A stretch of DNA of 64,000 nt from Acidobacteriota bacterium (GTDB taxonomy: Bacteria; Acidobacteriota; UBA6911; RPQK01; JAJDTT01). Shown piece after piece: positions 51,707 to 62,268 of the stretch. The DNA lies in the NCBI GenBank assembly GCA_965219005.1, contig CBDCMS010000003.1, positions 642,788-706,787 on the forward strand, read 5' to 3'. Made by a program: the position numbers and the translations under genes. Under the pieces are notes generated by a model. That model ran no database searches. It was not told where the DNA came from and worked only from the letters and a program-made list of their open reading frames with translations. The number at the start of each line of letters is the position of its first letter. Position 1 is the stretch's first letter.

Positions 51707-52777
51707 ATGAAACGGAGCAAGAGCTCATCTCGCTGCTGTTCCAACCCGGATTGCTCTCTGAGAGGGCACTCCGGCAGAGGCAACATCATCCGCCATTCCT
51801 TCTACATCACCACACAGGGTCGACGGCGGCGCTACCGTTGCAATCAGTGCGGCAGAACCTTCTCTTCCACCCACGGAACACCTTATTATCGGCTGCACAA
51901 ACCAAGGTCTTTGTTCGATGAAGTCGTCCACCTGTGTGTCCACGGGCTTGCCATATCGGCTATGGCTCGAATCAAGCGCATGGCCTGGGGCACAGTCGCC
52001 CGCTGGCTTGAATCGGCGGCTACCTGCGCTACCCGGTTCAACGATCGGATGCTAAAAGGTTTCGTGATCCGTGAACTTCAGGCCGACGAGATCAGGACAT
52101 TTGTGGGGACCAAGAAGCGGGTGAGTCGGGTACTCACAACGCTCGAAGTCTGGTCCCGGCTGTGGATCTCCGTCGAGATCGGTCGTCGCAACTTCCGAAA
52201 CATCAAGAGAGTGCTGCTCGATACCCTGCAGCGAGGCCGTATTGAAAGCCGCTTCCTGTTCACCACCGATGGTTTCGAGATGTACGAGTGGGCGGCGAAG
52301 AGGCTGCTGCTAGGAATCTGCACATACGGTCAAGTGATCAAGCGGCGCCGGGAGAATAGGGTTGTGCGTGTGGACCGTAGACTCCTTCTCGGAAGGCGCG
52401 CAGAGCTAGAGGAAGCCCTGTTTCACTCCGAGGATTCTACCACCTTGAACACCGCCTTCATTGAACGCCACAATCTGACGATCCGCCAGGGCTGTTCCTA
52501 TCTTGGCCGTCGCACACCTTGCCACGCCCGACGGACGGAATCCTTGGAAGGCCAGGTGGCTCTGCTCATGGCGTATTACAACTTCGTGCGTCCGCACTCG
52601 GCTCTGAGATTCGGTAAAACGGTGAGGACTCCAGCTATGCAACCCGGGTTGGCGAAAAAGAGAATCTGCTTCCGGGATGTCTTCACAAGCCGAGCGGCAT
52701 TCTTTTTGTTTGTTTTGATCGCGATCCGCTTCGCGGTCCCCGTGGAATGTCGCCAGCACTCAACAACAGTTGCCTGA
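51707..52777 (+). CDS. IS1-like transposase (N-terminal C2C2 zinc ribbon plus DDE domain), single-ORF form
   Basis: Zinc ribbon CSNPDC...RYRCNQCGRTF resembles IS1 InsA. Downstream DDE-like region with C-terminal YYNFVRPHSAL. Low-GC context; ORF is open from 51599, internal Met preferred. Family assignment tentative. Confidence 0.5.
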   Translation: MKRSKSSSRCCSNPDCSLRGHSGRGNIIRHSFYITTQGRRRRYRCNQCGRTFSSTHGTPYYRLHKPRSLFDEVVHLCVHGLAISAMARIKRMAWGTVARWLESAATCATRFNDRMLKGFVIRELQADEIRTFVGTKKRVSRVLTTLEVWSRLWISVEIGRRNFRNIKRVLLDTLQRGRIESRFLFTTDGFEMYEWAAKRLLLGICTYGQVIKRRRENRVVRVDRRLLLGRRAELEEALFHSEDSTTLNTAFIERHNLTIRQGCSYLGRRTPCHARRTESLEGQVALLMAYYNFVRPHSALRFGKTVRTPAMQPGLAKKRICFRDVFTSRAAFFLFVLIAIRFAVPVECRQHSTTVA

Positions 52778-52892
52778 AGAAGCACCCAATTTGCGACTCT
52801 TCCGGTCTCGGAGAAGCCTGCGGTAATTCCGTGATCAGTCAGTTGGCACTGTGTAGTAGTCCGCAACAGGTGCCAAGGAAGTGGAGCCTGGA

Positions 52893-54719
52893 TCATTCCT
52901 CAGAAACGAGGGCAGGAGGACCTTCCAGTCCCAATCTGTGGGTAGAGGTGGCTATCTTTCCGGAGAGCTTCTGGCGCAAGACCACGACCAGATCGTAGTT
53001 GCCCTCAGGTGCCGGCTTCTCGGCCACCGGCGAAAAATGCGTGTAGGTCAGGAACTTGTCCAGATCCTGCTGGCTGTTGAAGTCGAGATCGATCCTCTCG
53101 GCGAAGAAAAAGGTGTCTCCGACCCACTTCCCCGACCCATCAAAGATAGCGCCGAACATCTCGATGACACAGCGACGCTGATCCCCTTCTGATCTGAAAG
53201 TGACAGCCTCGGTCGGAATCCGGGCCAGAACCTTTAGCTTTCCCGCCTCGGTCGAGACCTGGGTCTTGATCGGAAAATCTCTGAAGAGATCGGGAAACTT
53301 GAAGGCGTTAGCCAGATCTATCGTGACCGCCTGACTCGGATCCTCTTGGGTGTAGCCTTTCCGATGTCGAAGCCTGACACGCTTCCTCTTCAGCTTGACC
53401 TTGATCTTGTGAAACCTGCCCACTCTCCTCTCTGAATTGGGCACATATCCAATCAGGTAATATTCCCGACCATCGAGATAGGCCTTGCGAATTGGCCGAC
53501 TCAGATCGTTGTCGTCGGCAAACCAGAGGCCTCCGGTCTGAAGCGAGAGAGACGAAAGGAACTCATGCGGTGCGGTGATGTCCTCTGTGGAGTAGATAGC
53601 ATTCAGTGAGCTGCCGGCTCCCCTGATGCTGGCCGAGCCCGTTGAAGGAGCCATCAACCCGCGCGGGTCGATGCTGTAGATCGAAACGTGGGATCGATTG
53701 GCCTGGTTGACCGCGCCGCTAAGCCTTCTGTGTAGATCGCCAGGACGTCCCGACCCCAACATGTAGTTATTCACGGCTGCGTGGATCAGCGTAATCTGGC
53801 CAGGGGCAATGGCCATAGCCCTTTCCTTGATGATCCGGCTCAGGGTCCGTTTGGCGTTCAGGGGGTAGCCGTTGGAGAGATAGAGGAGATGCTTGCGCCC
53901 TGGCAGCGAACGCAGATGACGCGAAAGCGCTCCAATCGCTGCGCAGGTGAAGTCGACCCTCAACTCCAGACTCACCAGCATCTGGCGGGCAATGGACGCA
54001 GCCAGGGAAATCGTCCCCTCGAGTTCCGGGTCCAGCCTTAACCTTACCACGCCTCCTCCGTCTCCATCGCCCGGATCAAAGATGTTGAGGGCAAGTCCCT
54101 CGAGGAGCGCAAAACGCTCCTCAACGGATTCCACGAATCGAGAGATACTGGTGCTTTCATGCGGCCTGAAGTTCAGTGTCTCCAGGGCACTCTCCATCTG
54201 CGAAGCGTCGCTGGTGAAAGGAAGGTGCACGCGGAAGCTTGGCTCTACCGTAGCCACCATTACCTGATCCGTCGGCGCCAGCTGGGACCTGATAAAGGTC
54301 CGGATAGAGTCCTTTGCCCGCTGCAATCCGTGGAAGTCCATGGACTGCATATCGAAGAGAAAGACAAAGAATCCCTGGTAAACCGGCGAGGTAGGAAGCC
54401 CTCGTCGGTCAAAGGAAAGATCGGAAATCGAAGAACGCCCCGCTGGCCCTTCTGCGGTCAGCTCCTCCTTCGACCCGGCCCTCCTCCGAAGATCGAAGAA
54501 GACGATATCCTGGCGCTTCCCATCCTCAAAGATCTCGATCTCCTCCGGCTTCAGGTCCCGGACGACATTTCCCTTCTTGTCACTGACCACCAGGTCGACC
54601 AGAACCACCTCGGACTGGGCCCGGAACACAGGCGTTTCCTCATCCTGGCCTGCCCTCACCATAAAGGTCAGACACACCAGCACAAAGGCCCGAGACAGGT
54701 ACTGATTTCGCCTTCTCAA
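52893..54719 (-). CDS. VWFA-related acidobacterial-type protein (N-terminal beta-sandwich plus von Willebrand A domain)
   Basis: Signal peptide. N-terminal FRAQSEVVLVDLVVSDKKGNVVRDLKPEEIEIFEDGKRQDIVFF matches the characteristic opening of the acidobacterial VWFA family. Central VWA-like region. Confidence 0.7.
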   Translation of the reverse strand: MRRRNQYLSRAFVLVCLTFMVRAGQDEETPVFRAQSEVVLVDLVVSDKKGNVVRDLKPEEIEIFEDGKRQDIVFFDLRRRAGSKEELTAEGPAGRSSISDLSFDRRGLPTSPVYQGFFVFLFDMQSMDFHGLQRAKDSIRTFIRSQLAPTDQVMVATVEPSFRVHLPFTSDASQMESALETLNFRPHESTSISRFVESVEERFALLEGLALNIFDPGDGDGGGVVRLRLDPELEGTISLAASIARQMLVSLELRVDFTCAAIGALSRHLRSLPGRKHLLYLSNGYPLNAKRTLSRIIKERAMAIAPGQITLIHAAVNNYMLGSGRPGDLHRRLSGAVNQANRSHVSIYSIDPRGLMAPSTGSASIRGAGSSLNAIYSTEDITAPHEFLSSLSLQTGGLWFADDNDLSRPIRKAYLDGREYYLIGYVPNSERRVGRFHKIKVKLKRKRVRLRHRKGYTQEDPSQAVTIDLANAFKFPDLFRDFPIKTQVSTEAGKLKVLARIPTEAVTFRSEGDQRRCVIEMFGAIFDGSGKWVGDTFFFAERIDLDFNSQQDLDKFLTYTHFSPVAEKPAPEGNYDLVVVLRQKLSGKIATSTHRLGLEGPPALVSEE

Positions 54720-55728
54720 AAAGATCCCTGCTTCCTTCTGGCTCTGCCCAATGCTCTGCCCTCGAACGGAAGGGAAACTTGCTTGACTACTGCCGCCAGA
54801 TTCTATCAGTTTGTCGCGGAGGGTTAAAGCCGGACGATTTCAGAAACCTCTCATACCCCGATCGCTCTGGAAGCAATCATAGGTGGACCCTATACCTTCT
54901 ATTCTAAACATTTCTAAACATATATGGTCTGTGCATGGGCCGTGGGCCTTCCCAGAACTGAAAACATCCTCATCCCGAAAATCTCATCCTCCCCGCAGAG
55001 GACGCTGGCGATCAAAGCGAAAATGCTGCAAGATCTGCGGAGCCGAGCGCTTCGCCCACAAGCCCAACTCCTACTATGGGTATGTTGAGCATGCCTACCG
55101 GCGGGGGTGATCACTCGGCGGCTGCAGAGAATCAAGATTTCCGCCTCCCAACCTAGCCGCCAAACATTTTCTTGACACCGTAGTAGGGTACAGGGTGCAT
55201 CTTAACTGGTGGAGGCAAGCATTAGACACGGAAGTGGGGTCCGGCGGAGCATGGCTGGTCTCTCCTTTTCTGTTGAATCAGGGGGACGGTCCCGGAGTCT
55301 ATCCCCAGCAACTTTAAGGGTCAAGGAGGTGTCCCCTTCTTTCCCTTGCCCGTGTTCTTGCCTTTGCCCTCCAATCATCTTGCATTCTGGCCCAGACGTT
55401 CGGAATGCTGCCCAGAATCGCATCAATGCTGACCGGGTTGGTCACGAACCTTGATGCAAACTCAGGGCTGATAGCTGCGCCGGGGCGTGAAGTTGCATAC
55501 ATAAGCGCGGTGCAAGAACGTTTTGGAAGTGGCGCATCCGACCGGCTAAGGGCTGAGTAGCCGCTCCACATGGTCGTAGCGACGCCTGGGCGCTCACCAA
55601 GTGTCAGGAGTCGTCCGAACGGAATCGTTTCACGCAGCGAAGTCGGCCATACGCTCTGACCGCCCACGTAGCTGGCGCAGCGACAGGGCGCTGCCGAACC
55701 TTTCCCGACACTGGTGAACCTCTCTTGT

Positions 55729-55847
55729 TGGCCGTTAGCGGCAGTTCATGCGGCGTTTCCGCTGGAGATTTGAATGTCCGCTTTTTTCGAAAGCGGCCGT
55801 TCGGGGGCGATCTGCTCTGACACTGTTTGTACGGTCAGATCTAGGCT
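55729..55847. mobile_element. MITE-like internal-deletion derivative (~119 bp) of the IS30-family element at 57639..59015
   Basis: Left 45 bp (gccgttagcggcagttcatgcggcgtttccgctggagatttgaatgtccgc) is ~75% similar to IS30 left end 57639-57697. Right 60 bp (aagcggccgttcgggggcgatctgctctgacactgtttgtacggtcagatctaggcta) is ~90% similar to IS30 right end 58957-59015. Joined across hairpin ccgcttttttcgaaagcgg, no coding capacity. Confidence 0.6.
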
Positions 55848-56197
55848 ATTACACAGGAGGTTTTCCCGAAGCGTTCCCTCCGCCGGATAATCTGCCCCCT
55901 TTCGAGATAGGCCGAGGCTGGTTAGGATGAAATCACCTTAACCGGAAACGCCATGCTCACTCGAGAGGAAGGCATCTATGAGGAGGAATTCGGCGAGAAA
56001 ATCAGCTATCTAGAAGCGGACGTTCAGATTTTCCCCGGAAACGTCGAACGAACTACGCTGAGATTGCAGAAAAGCATGGTTGAAATCATCGTGCTCAGCG
56101 ATTCGCCAGGCTGGTAGAATTCCCGTCACAGTCGAAACCTGCTTTGGAGACAGCGTAGTGGCTGGAAACCATGTGAGATGAAAGGAGAAAGAAGGCA

Positions 56198-57364
56198 ATG
56201 AAACGAAGAGGTACGATGATCGCTTTCCTGTTCCTGCTGGGCTGTTCCTTGGTAGCGATCGCTCAGAATCCCGCGTCTGAGGGCGAGACTACCCAATACG
56301 AACCCATTGATGGTGCCGTGATCTACGACCACGACCCTTCGACCAAGCTCGGAGATGACATCTTCGGAACCGTCATTGCCGATTTCGAGAACGATGCTCC
56401 CGGGCGGTGCTCCCACGGTGGCCCGGTGTGCATGGAGTACGCGAACGGCAACATCGTGGCCTTCTATGCCAACACCAGCGACCACAATCTGGATGGTTGG
56501 AGTGAGTATGCTGTGAGCAAGGATCGCGGCAGGACCTGGGACAAGTACAACAAGCTCCCATACTCCTTTGAGGCGTATGCAAGAGATCAGCAAAACACGG
56601 TTTGGGTGCAAGAGGGCCTGGTCACGGAGAAGGGTACCGTCGTACTGTTCCTGAGCCACTTCAAGATTGGACGACGAGAGGAAACCAGAACCAAGCTCGG
56701 CGTCATCAGAAGCTACGACGATGGCGCCACCTGGACGGATTACGAGACCATGGACGGTAATTTCGTCGGCTCCCCCTGTTCCACGGCAGTGGTGGGCGAG
56801 ACCAACTATGTCATGATCGACAGGGGCAAGGGCGCAGGTCATCCCCATGTGCTGTACGTCAGCAAGGATGACGGGCGCAGCTGGCACAAGAGGAGCACGC
56901 TGACGCTGGACGACGACAAATGGTACGGCACCATGATTTTCATGGCGGATGGGCGCCTGCTGGCCGGTGCCTACACGGAGAAGGACGAGCACCATTTCTA
57001 CTATTGCATCAGTCAGGATGAGGGCCGCACCTGGAGCGAACAGAGGCGAGCCTATATGGACAAGATGGTTCGCGATCCCGAACTTGCCTATCTCAGTGGG
57101 AAGTACTACCTACAGGGAAGGTCGGGCCAGGTTGGAGAAGGCAGCCGCCGCTTTGTTCTCTACCAGTCCGACGACGGTATCAAGTGGGGCAGTGGGATCA
57201 TCGTCAGCGGTGATATCGGACACCCTGACGGGTACAGTCAGAACTGCATCATCAACAAGTACGACGACGACGTTCCCAACGAGTTGATGACGGTCTACAG
57301 CATCGTTTACAAGGGACGTGACACCAACGAGTACGTGTATTTCATCCGGCCCGATGGGAAGTGA
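56198..57364 (+). CDS. secreted BNR/Asp-box sialidase-like beta-propeller protein
   Basis: Signal peptide MIAFLFLLGCSLVAIAQ. Asp-boxes SKDRGRTWD, SYDDGATWT, SKDDGRSWH, SQDEGRTWS, QSDDGIKWG. Confidence 0.7.
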   Translation: MKRRGTMIAFLFLLGCSLVAIAQNPASEGETTQYEPIDGAVIYDHDPSTKLGDDIFGTVIADFENDAPGRCSHGGPVCMEYANGNIVAFYANTSDHNLDGWSEYAVSKDRGRTWDKYNKLPYSFEAYARDQQNTVWVQEGLVTEKGTVVLFLSHFKIGRREETRTKLGVIRSYDDGATWTDYETMDGNFVGSPCSTAVVGETNYVMIDRGKGAGHPHVLYVSKDDGRSWHKRSTLTLDDDKWYGTMIFMADGRLLAGAYTEKDEHHFYYCISQDEGRTWSEQRRAYMDKMVRDPELAYLSGKYYLQGRSGQVGEGSRRFVLYQSDDGIKWGSGIIVSGDIGHPDGYSQNCIINKYDDDVPNELMTVYSIVYKGRDTNEYVYFIRPDGK

Positions 57365-57638
57365 TGGCGGTCGCTCACGAAGCGGCCTCCATAGCTCAAT
57401 TGAGGAGAGGAGCAGGGACGTTTCGGCCACGAACTGCAGAGACGGTGTGTGCTCTACGTTTCCTCTACGAGCACGCCGCATTCGTTTCCGCCTAAGAGCT
57501 AGAACCTAACACATTTCCGTGGGGACTGCTCCAATCATGAACTATCCTGGCCCCGTGGCAGGTCACTCGGACGTATGACGCCCTACCTGGAAACTGACAG
57601 CTCCTTTCGAAGCGCCCGAAATGGAACGTTGGTTCCTA

Positions 57639-59015
57639 GCCGTTTGCGCCAGTTCATCTGACGTTCCCTCGGGGAAACTTGAATGTCGGCTACTAGGTGC
57701 GGATTCAACCGATCGACGCAACACATTGGTTAAATCGTTCGGCTGGTGTTTCGTAGTCTAACGTTTTTCTCGGTCGTTCGTTCAACTGTCTGGCTACATT
57801 CGGCTCGGGTGGTTTGTCCACCGCATCCAGTCTGTTTTGGTCGACGTTTGAGAGATCCATTCCTTTCGGGAAGTATTGTCTAAGCAGTCCGTTGGTGTTT
57901 TCGTTTGAGCCGCGCTGCCAGGGGCTTCGTGGATCGCAGAAGTAGACCTTTATGTTCGTATCGAGACTGAAGCGTTTGTGATCGGCCATTTCACTTCCGC
58001 GGTCCCAGGTCAGAGGCTGGTACAGTTCCCGCGGTAACGTGCGAGCTTGTTGGCTCAAGGCCTTGATCACCGTTTCGGTATCTTTGCTGTTGACTTTGAC
58101 CAACATCACGTAGCGCGTCTGACGTTCGACCAGGGTGGCGATTTGACTTCTCTTGGCTCCGATCAGCAGGTCCCCTTCCCAATGACCGGGCACGGCGCGA
58201 TCTTCCACCGAGGCGGGTCGCTCCCGGATTGAGACCGTGTCCTTGATCCGTCCGTGATCCTCCGTCTTCTGCGTATGGTGGCGCGAGCGGCGCATCCCAC
58301 GGGTCCGCCTCAAATGCTGCAACAGCTCTTTCTTTAAGGCGCCCCGGGCCTGGATGAAGAGGCTTTTATAGATGGTCTCGTCTGACACTTGAAAGTCCTT
58401 GTGATCGGGATACGTGCGCTTGAGCCACCCGGCAATCTGCTCGGGCGACCAGAGCTGCTTCAGGTTCAAGGCCACAATGTGGGCGAGTTCCCGCTTCTGG
58501 ACCAGTTTACAGATCTTCGGGCGACGCGCCCGCTCCCAAGCCGCTAAATCGGCCCGGTTAGCCCGGTATCGGAGCCGGCCGCCGTTGCGCCGGATCTCGC
58601 GACTGACCGTGGAGGGGGCGCGACCCAGCCCTCTGGCAATCGAGCGGATCGAGCCGCCGGCAACCACACCGCGGGAGATCTCCTCGCGTTCCGATAACGT
58701 CAACGCTCGTCGCGATCGTCGGCGCGGCTGCGGCCGGATGCCCCCGGTTTCTTTCAGAATACCCCCAATGGAGGAATGGCCGCGGTCAAAGAGCCGCGCG
58801 ATCGAACTCAGGGACTCGCCTTTTTGCCAGCGGTCCCACATCAAGGCCTTCTGCTCTTCCGTGTAGTAGATCCTCTTCCGATGCTTCATTGGCAACATCC
58901 TCCTCTCTATCGCTAGAGATTAGAGGTGTTGCATCGACCGGTTGAAACCGCAGGTGCAAGCGGCCGATCAGGGGCGAACTACTCTGACACTGTTTGTACG
59001 GTCAGATCTGGGCTA
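57639..59015 (-). mobile_element. IS30-family insertion sequence (~1.38 kb)
   Basis: Single transposase ORF. Imperfect terminal inverted repeats sharing core CCAG..ATCTGAC (57646-57665 vs rc of 58995-59015). Ends delimited by homology to the MITE at 55729..55847. Confidence 0.7.
57705..58898 (-). CDS. IS30-family DDE transposase
   Basis: N-terminal HTH, DDE region with the IS30 hallmark HWEGDLLIG, C-terminal GLLRQYFPKGMDLS. Confidence 0.9.
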   Translation of the reverse strand: MLPMKHRKRIYYTEEQKALMWDRWQKGESLSSIARLFDRGHSSIGGILKETGGIRPQPRRRSRRALTLSEREEISRGVVAGGSIRSIARGLGRAPSTVSREIRRNGGRLRYRANRADLAAWERARRPKICKLVQKRELAHIVALNLKQLWSPEQIAGWLKRTYPDHKDFQVSDETIYKSLFIQARGALKKELLQHLRRTRGMRRSRHHTQKTEDHGRIKDTVSIRERPASVEDRAVPGHWEGDLLIGAKRSQIATLVERQTRYVMLVKVNSKDTETVIKALSQQARTLPRELYQPLTWDRGSEMADHKRFSLDTNIKVYFCDPRSPWQRGSNENTNGLLRQYFPKGMDLSNVDQNRLDAVDKPPEPNVARQLNERPRKTLDYETPAERFNQCVASIG

Positions 59016-59336
59016 ACTTGACGGGGCAGCGGGGGACGTACGCACAGCAGATTCTCCGTCAGTTCCGTTATCGCAACGAGCGTGCACGATATACCCGCCC
59101 GGAGCAAGAATCTCGACCGGTAGTCCGGTCGCGTGAAGATGTCCCATTCCACTGACAACTGTTACCGGGACTAACGCGTTTCGATGCTTGCGCGTTTGGG
59201 GAAGCACACTTCGGCGCGGCCCCGTATTGGCACCGTTGAGCAGCCGCGCACCGCACCTGAGAGTGGGCTTTGCGGCATAACGACTTCCCGCTTCAGTGAG
59301 TATTTTGACCTCACGCGGTTGGTCATTAGAGCGCGC

Positions 59337-60485
59337 TCAGGGAACAGTTCGCAATCGTGCCCAGCGAGTGTGTGTAATACTCGCAAGCGTGCACCACCAA
59401 GCCGCGTACAGTTCACCGTTCAGTGTTGTCATGAGTGCCGGTGCACCGTAAGCCATCGTTTCACGGCTACGCGGGAACGTATCGTGCCTGCTGATGCCCA
59501 GGTGTGTGTTCCCGGTTGCATCCCAGAGACGCACTTGATTGTCCAGGTCCCACGTTTTCCCGCCGTCCTTCGAGAGCACCGCCATGAACCCCGGTCGCTC
59601 CGTCTGGCGGTAGGAGTAGATAGCACACAGATTCCCGTTCGGCAATTCAGCCGGCCAGTTCGTTTGCCCGGGTATCAGCGTTGGAGCGGGTTTTGACCAA
59701 TTCCGCCCGGTGCTATCGGCAAAAGCACAATGCAGCGGAAGGAAAACGCGTTCACCGTTCTCGTTGTTCATGTCGGCAGCCTGGTACAGAGTGTAAAGGC
59801 GTCCGTCCGAGAGTCGAATGGTCTTGCCGTGCCAGAAATCCTGACCGTCAGGTTCTCCGTCTGCCATCACGACCAGATCTCCCCACGTCTGCCCACGATC
59901 GCTTGAAAATAGCCCGATCATACGATCCTTGTAGGGCCCCGCAGGCCTCGGCTCATCATAGCCATGCCATCGATCAAATGAAGCAAACCACCGCCCGTCT
60001 TCAAGTTCAAGGACAGGATTCGCCGGCGTCGCTACCAGGTTTTTCGGCAATTTGACCGCAAGCGGAGCCGTCCATGTGTGGCCGTTATCCCATGAGAAGA
60101 AGAGAACGGGTTGATTTGCAAGTAGGCCCCCGGTTTCGCTCACGAACGGCATGTGCGGGTCTGATCGGTCAGCCCGCATCGCGATCACGACAATTCGCCC
60201 GTCGCCCATCATGGAGATCATGCCGTCGCAGTACGAGTAGGGCCGATCATCCCCAGTGTGGTCGTGCAGGAACTTCTCGTGCTTCCAAGTCACTCCGCTG
60301 TCCAGTGAGCGTGTCAGGGCGATGTTCACATCTGGGGCGCACATGCCGGCGCCACGCGAGTAGGTACAGATGAACTCTTTCTGGGAGAGCTGCAGCGGAC
60401 GGGGATAGAAGGCGGACACATGATAATGCGCCGGATCGGGATTCATGTAGATGACATCGCTGTCAATGAGTTCCAGTTTGCTCAT
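59337..60485 (-). CDS. BNR/Asp-box sialidase-like beta-propeller protein (cytoplasmic-type, no signal peptide)
   Basis: Asp-boxes SLDSGVTWK, SWDNGHTWT, SSDRGQTWG, SKDGGKTWD. Paralog of 62269..63397. Confidence 0.7.
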   Translation of the reverse strand: MSKLELIDSDVIYMNPDPAHYHVSAFYPRPLQLSQKEFICTYSRGAGMCAPDVNIALTRSLDSGVTWKHEKFLHDHTGDDRPYSYCDGMISMMGDGRIVVIAMRADRSDPHMPFVSETGGLLANQPVLFFSWDNGHTWTAPLAVKLPKNLVATPANPVLELEDGRWFASFDRWHGYDEPRPAGPYKDRMIGLFSSDRGQTWGDLVVMADGEPDGQDFWHGKTIRLSDGRLYTLYQAADMNNENGERVFLPLHCAFADSTGRNWSKPAPTLIPGQTNWPAELPNGNLCAIYSYRQTERPGFMAVLSKDGGKTWDLDNQVRLWDATGNTHLGISRHDTFPRSRETMAYGAPALMTTLNGELYAAWWCTLASITHTRWARLRTVP

Positions 60486-60648
60486 GTGTCCTGTCCCAAT
60501 GGGCTGTTACCAGGCTGTCGGCTGCTCTTTCAATACAGAGTCCTTTGTATAATCCTGGATTGGGCTCATTGATTCTTGGAGACCAGTGAAATCATGCTTT
60601 CTGGGGCTGCTGGGCAGAGTCAACACCACTTCCCTGACGAAGCACCGG

Positions 60649-60996
60649 TCACTCTCCTCCCCACATCGGCTGGGCGGTCATGATTCCCCCGTCGACAGGG
60701 TAGGTCACACCCGTTACTGCCGATGCACGATCGCTGGCTAGAAACAGGATCACCTCAGCGACCTCTTCTGGCTGCTGGAGCCTGCCGATCGGAATTCGGC
60801 TGTTCCACCCATCGATGGTGCCCTGCTCGTCGCCGGTTGCCTGAGCGAACCCCCGCAGCAAGGGCGTGTCGATGTATCCGGGAGCGACCGCATTGACGCG
60901 GATGCCGCGGCGAGCAAAGTCGAGCGCCATGCTCCGCGTCAACGACACGATCCCTCCCTTGGCTGCCGTATACGCCGACGACCCCGGCTGGCAAGG
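60649..60996 (-). pseudogene. short-chain dehydrogenase/reductase (SDR) C-terminal fragment; N-terminal Rossmann half missing
   Basis: Frame reads ...RRPCQPGSSAYTAAKGGIVSLTRSMALDFARRGIRVNAVAPGYIDTPL... (catalytic Y-x3-K and C-terminal half present). An in-frame TAG lies immediately upstream at ~60997, and the 150 bp beyond it do not encode a TGxxxGIG Rossmann segment. Confidence 0.55.
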
Positions 60997-61509
60997 GCGA
61001 CGCTACCCAGACCCATCCCACACATTTCCAGCATTTTGCGGCGTGAGATGTATCCCGGAATCCCATCCCATAACATTGTGAACACCTCCTGAGTGTGTGT
61101 GGTGAATCTCCCTCAACACTAAGGGGTCACGGGACCGAATGCAACCGCGCGATTGCCAGGACCACAGGCTCCTGAGAGTCAGGTTTTGATGGCTTCGAAG
61201 GGTATCCGGAACGACTTCAGGTTTAAGTATCAGGATGAGGACAAACCCCTGAGGTGTTACGGTAAACGATCTGTCGCAACGCTTTCAGCGTTGAAAACGT
61301 GGCGGTTGACAAAGTCAGTTACGCGCGCCACTATCGTGGCAAGCCGGAAAAGATCTTGGTGCGCTGGCTGGCCAGGAAGTGCGGCTGCGCTTCGTCTTCC
61401 GCGAAGCCAGTCTCTATGCGTTCTGGTTGGCGGAGTGAACCATCGGAAGTCCGTTGCATCACTTGCGCTTAGTGTTCCGTTTCATAAATACGACAAAATA
61501 CGATGATGT

Positions 61510-61860
61510 TTGTGGCGAGCGCGACGGCGTCGAGTTCGCGAAGCGACGACGCACTCGATGCCTCGTATCATGAAGGAGGAGCGACAGGTGTATCAGTCAT
61601 CAGCTCTGTTTGTGTTGGCAGTCTTATTTACGGCACCACACGTCAAGGCTGAGGATTCGGTCCGCAACATTGGTTCACGGTTGGAGCTTTTCGTAGATCA
61701 TTATCTGATTGAACGAATGGAAGGCGCTCGACTCAAGCTCCACGAGCCGCGACGGGAAGAAGTAGTCTTCAATACGGACGGTTATGTGGGATATACGACA
61801 GTTATCAAGGATCGCGAATCCTATCGGCTGTACTACAGTTGGAGGGATCCACAGCGCACG
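61510..61860 (+). pseudogene. N-terminal fragment of the Asp-box paralog family (copy D, decayed)
   Basis: Signal peptide then RLELFVDHYLIERMEGARLKLHEPRREEVVFNTD...YRLYYSW parallels copies A-C for ~110 aa. The frame then degenerates (low-complexity DDDDE, stop at 62025). An out-of-frame 77-aa ORF 62022..62255 (SRDEGNRWE Asp-box, IAYETS) looks like a separate C-terminal BNR fragment. Confidence 0.4.
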
Positions 61861-62268
61861 GATGATGATGATGAAAGGCCAAGCTTCCCCGAAGGGAAAG
61901 AAGATGTTGTCACTCGTAGAAATACAGGACAAGTTCGGCCAACCACTGGCCGGTTATTCGCCTCATCTGGAATGACAGTCTGTACGATCCAAACTTCGAT
62001 CATTGCGGAAAGCGCACGCCCTTGACGTCGGCCATCTCGCGCGACGAAGGAAACAGGTGGGAAAATTTCAAAAACATCGAAGCCGATCCAAACTACGAAT
62101 TTACTAACCCGCATTGCTTCTTCCTGCGTGACGACCAGGTTTTGATTGCGTATGAAACGTCACGCATGGAGAGTCTTGAACCACCTAGTAAACTGGGCCG
62201 TCGCCGGATGGCGATGAAGGCCGGGATGGCGGATATTGATTGGTTCTATAGCTGAGATAAAGTAAGCG

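Noticed and set aside
54883-55110. 75-aa ORF with KCCKICGAE motif as a small zinc-ribbon protein gene
   Set aside because: No start-codon context, no recognisable family, and it sits in a 1.5-kb low-complexity gap containing the MITE. Insufficient support to call.
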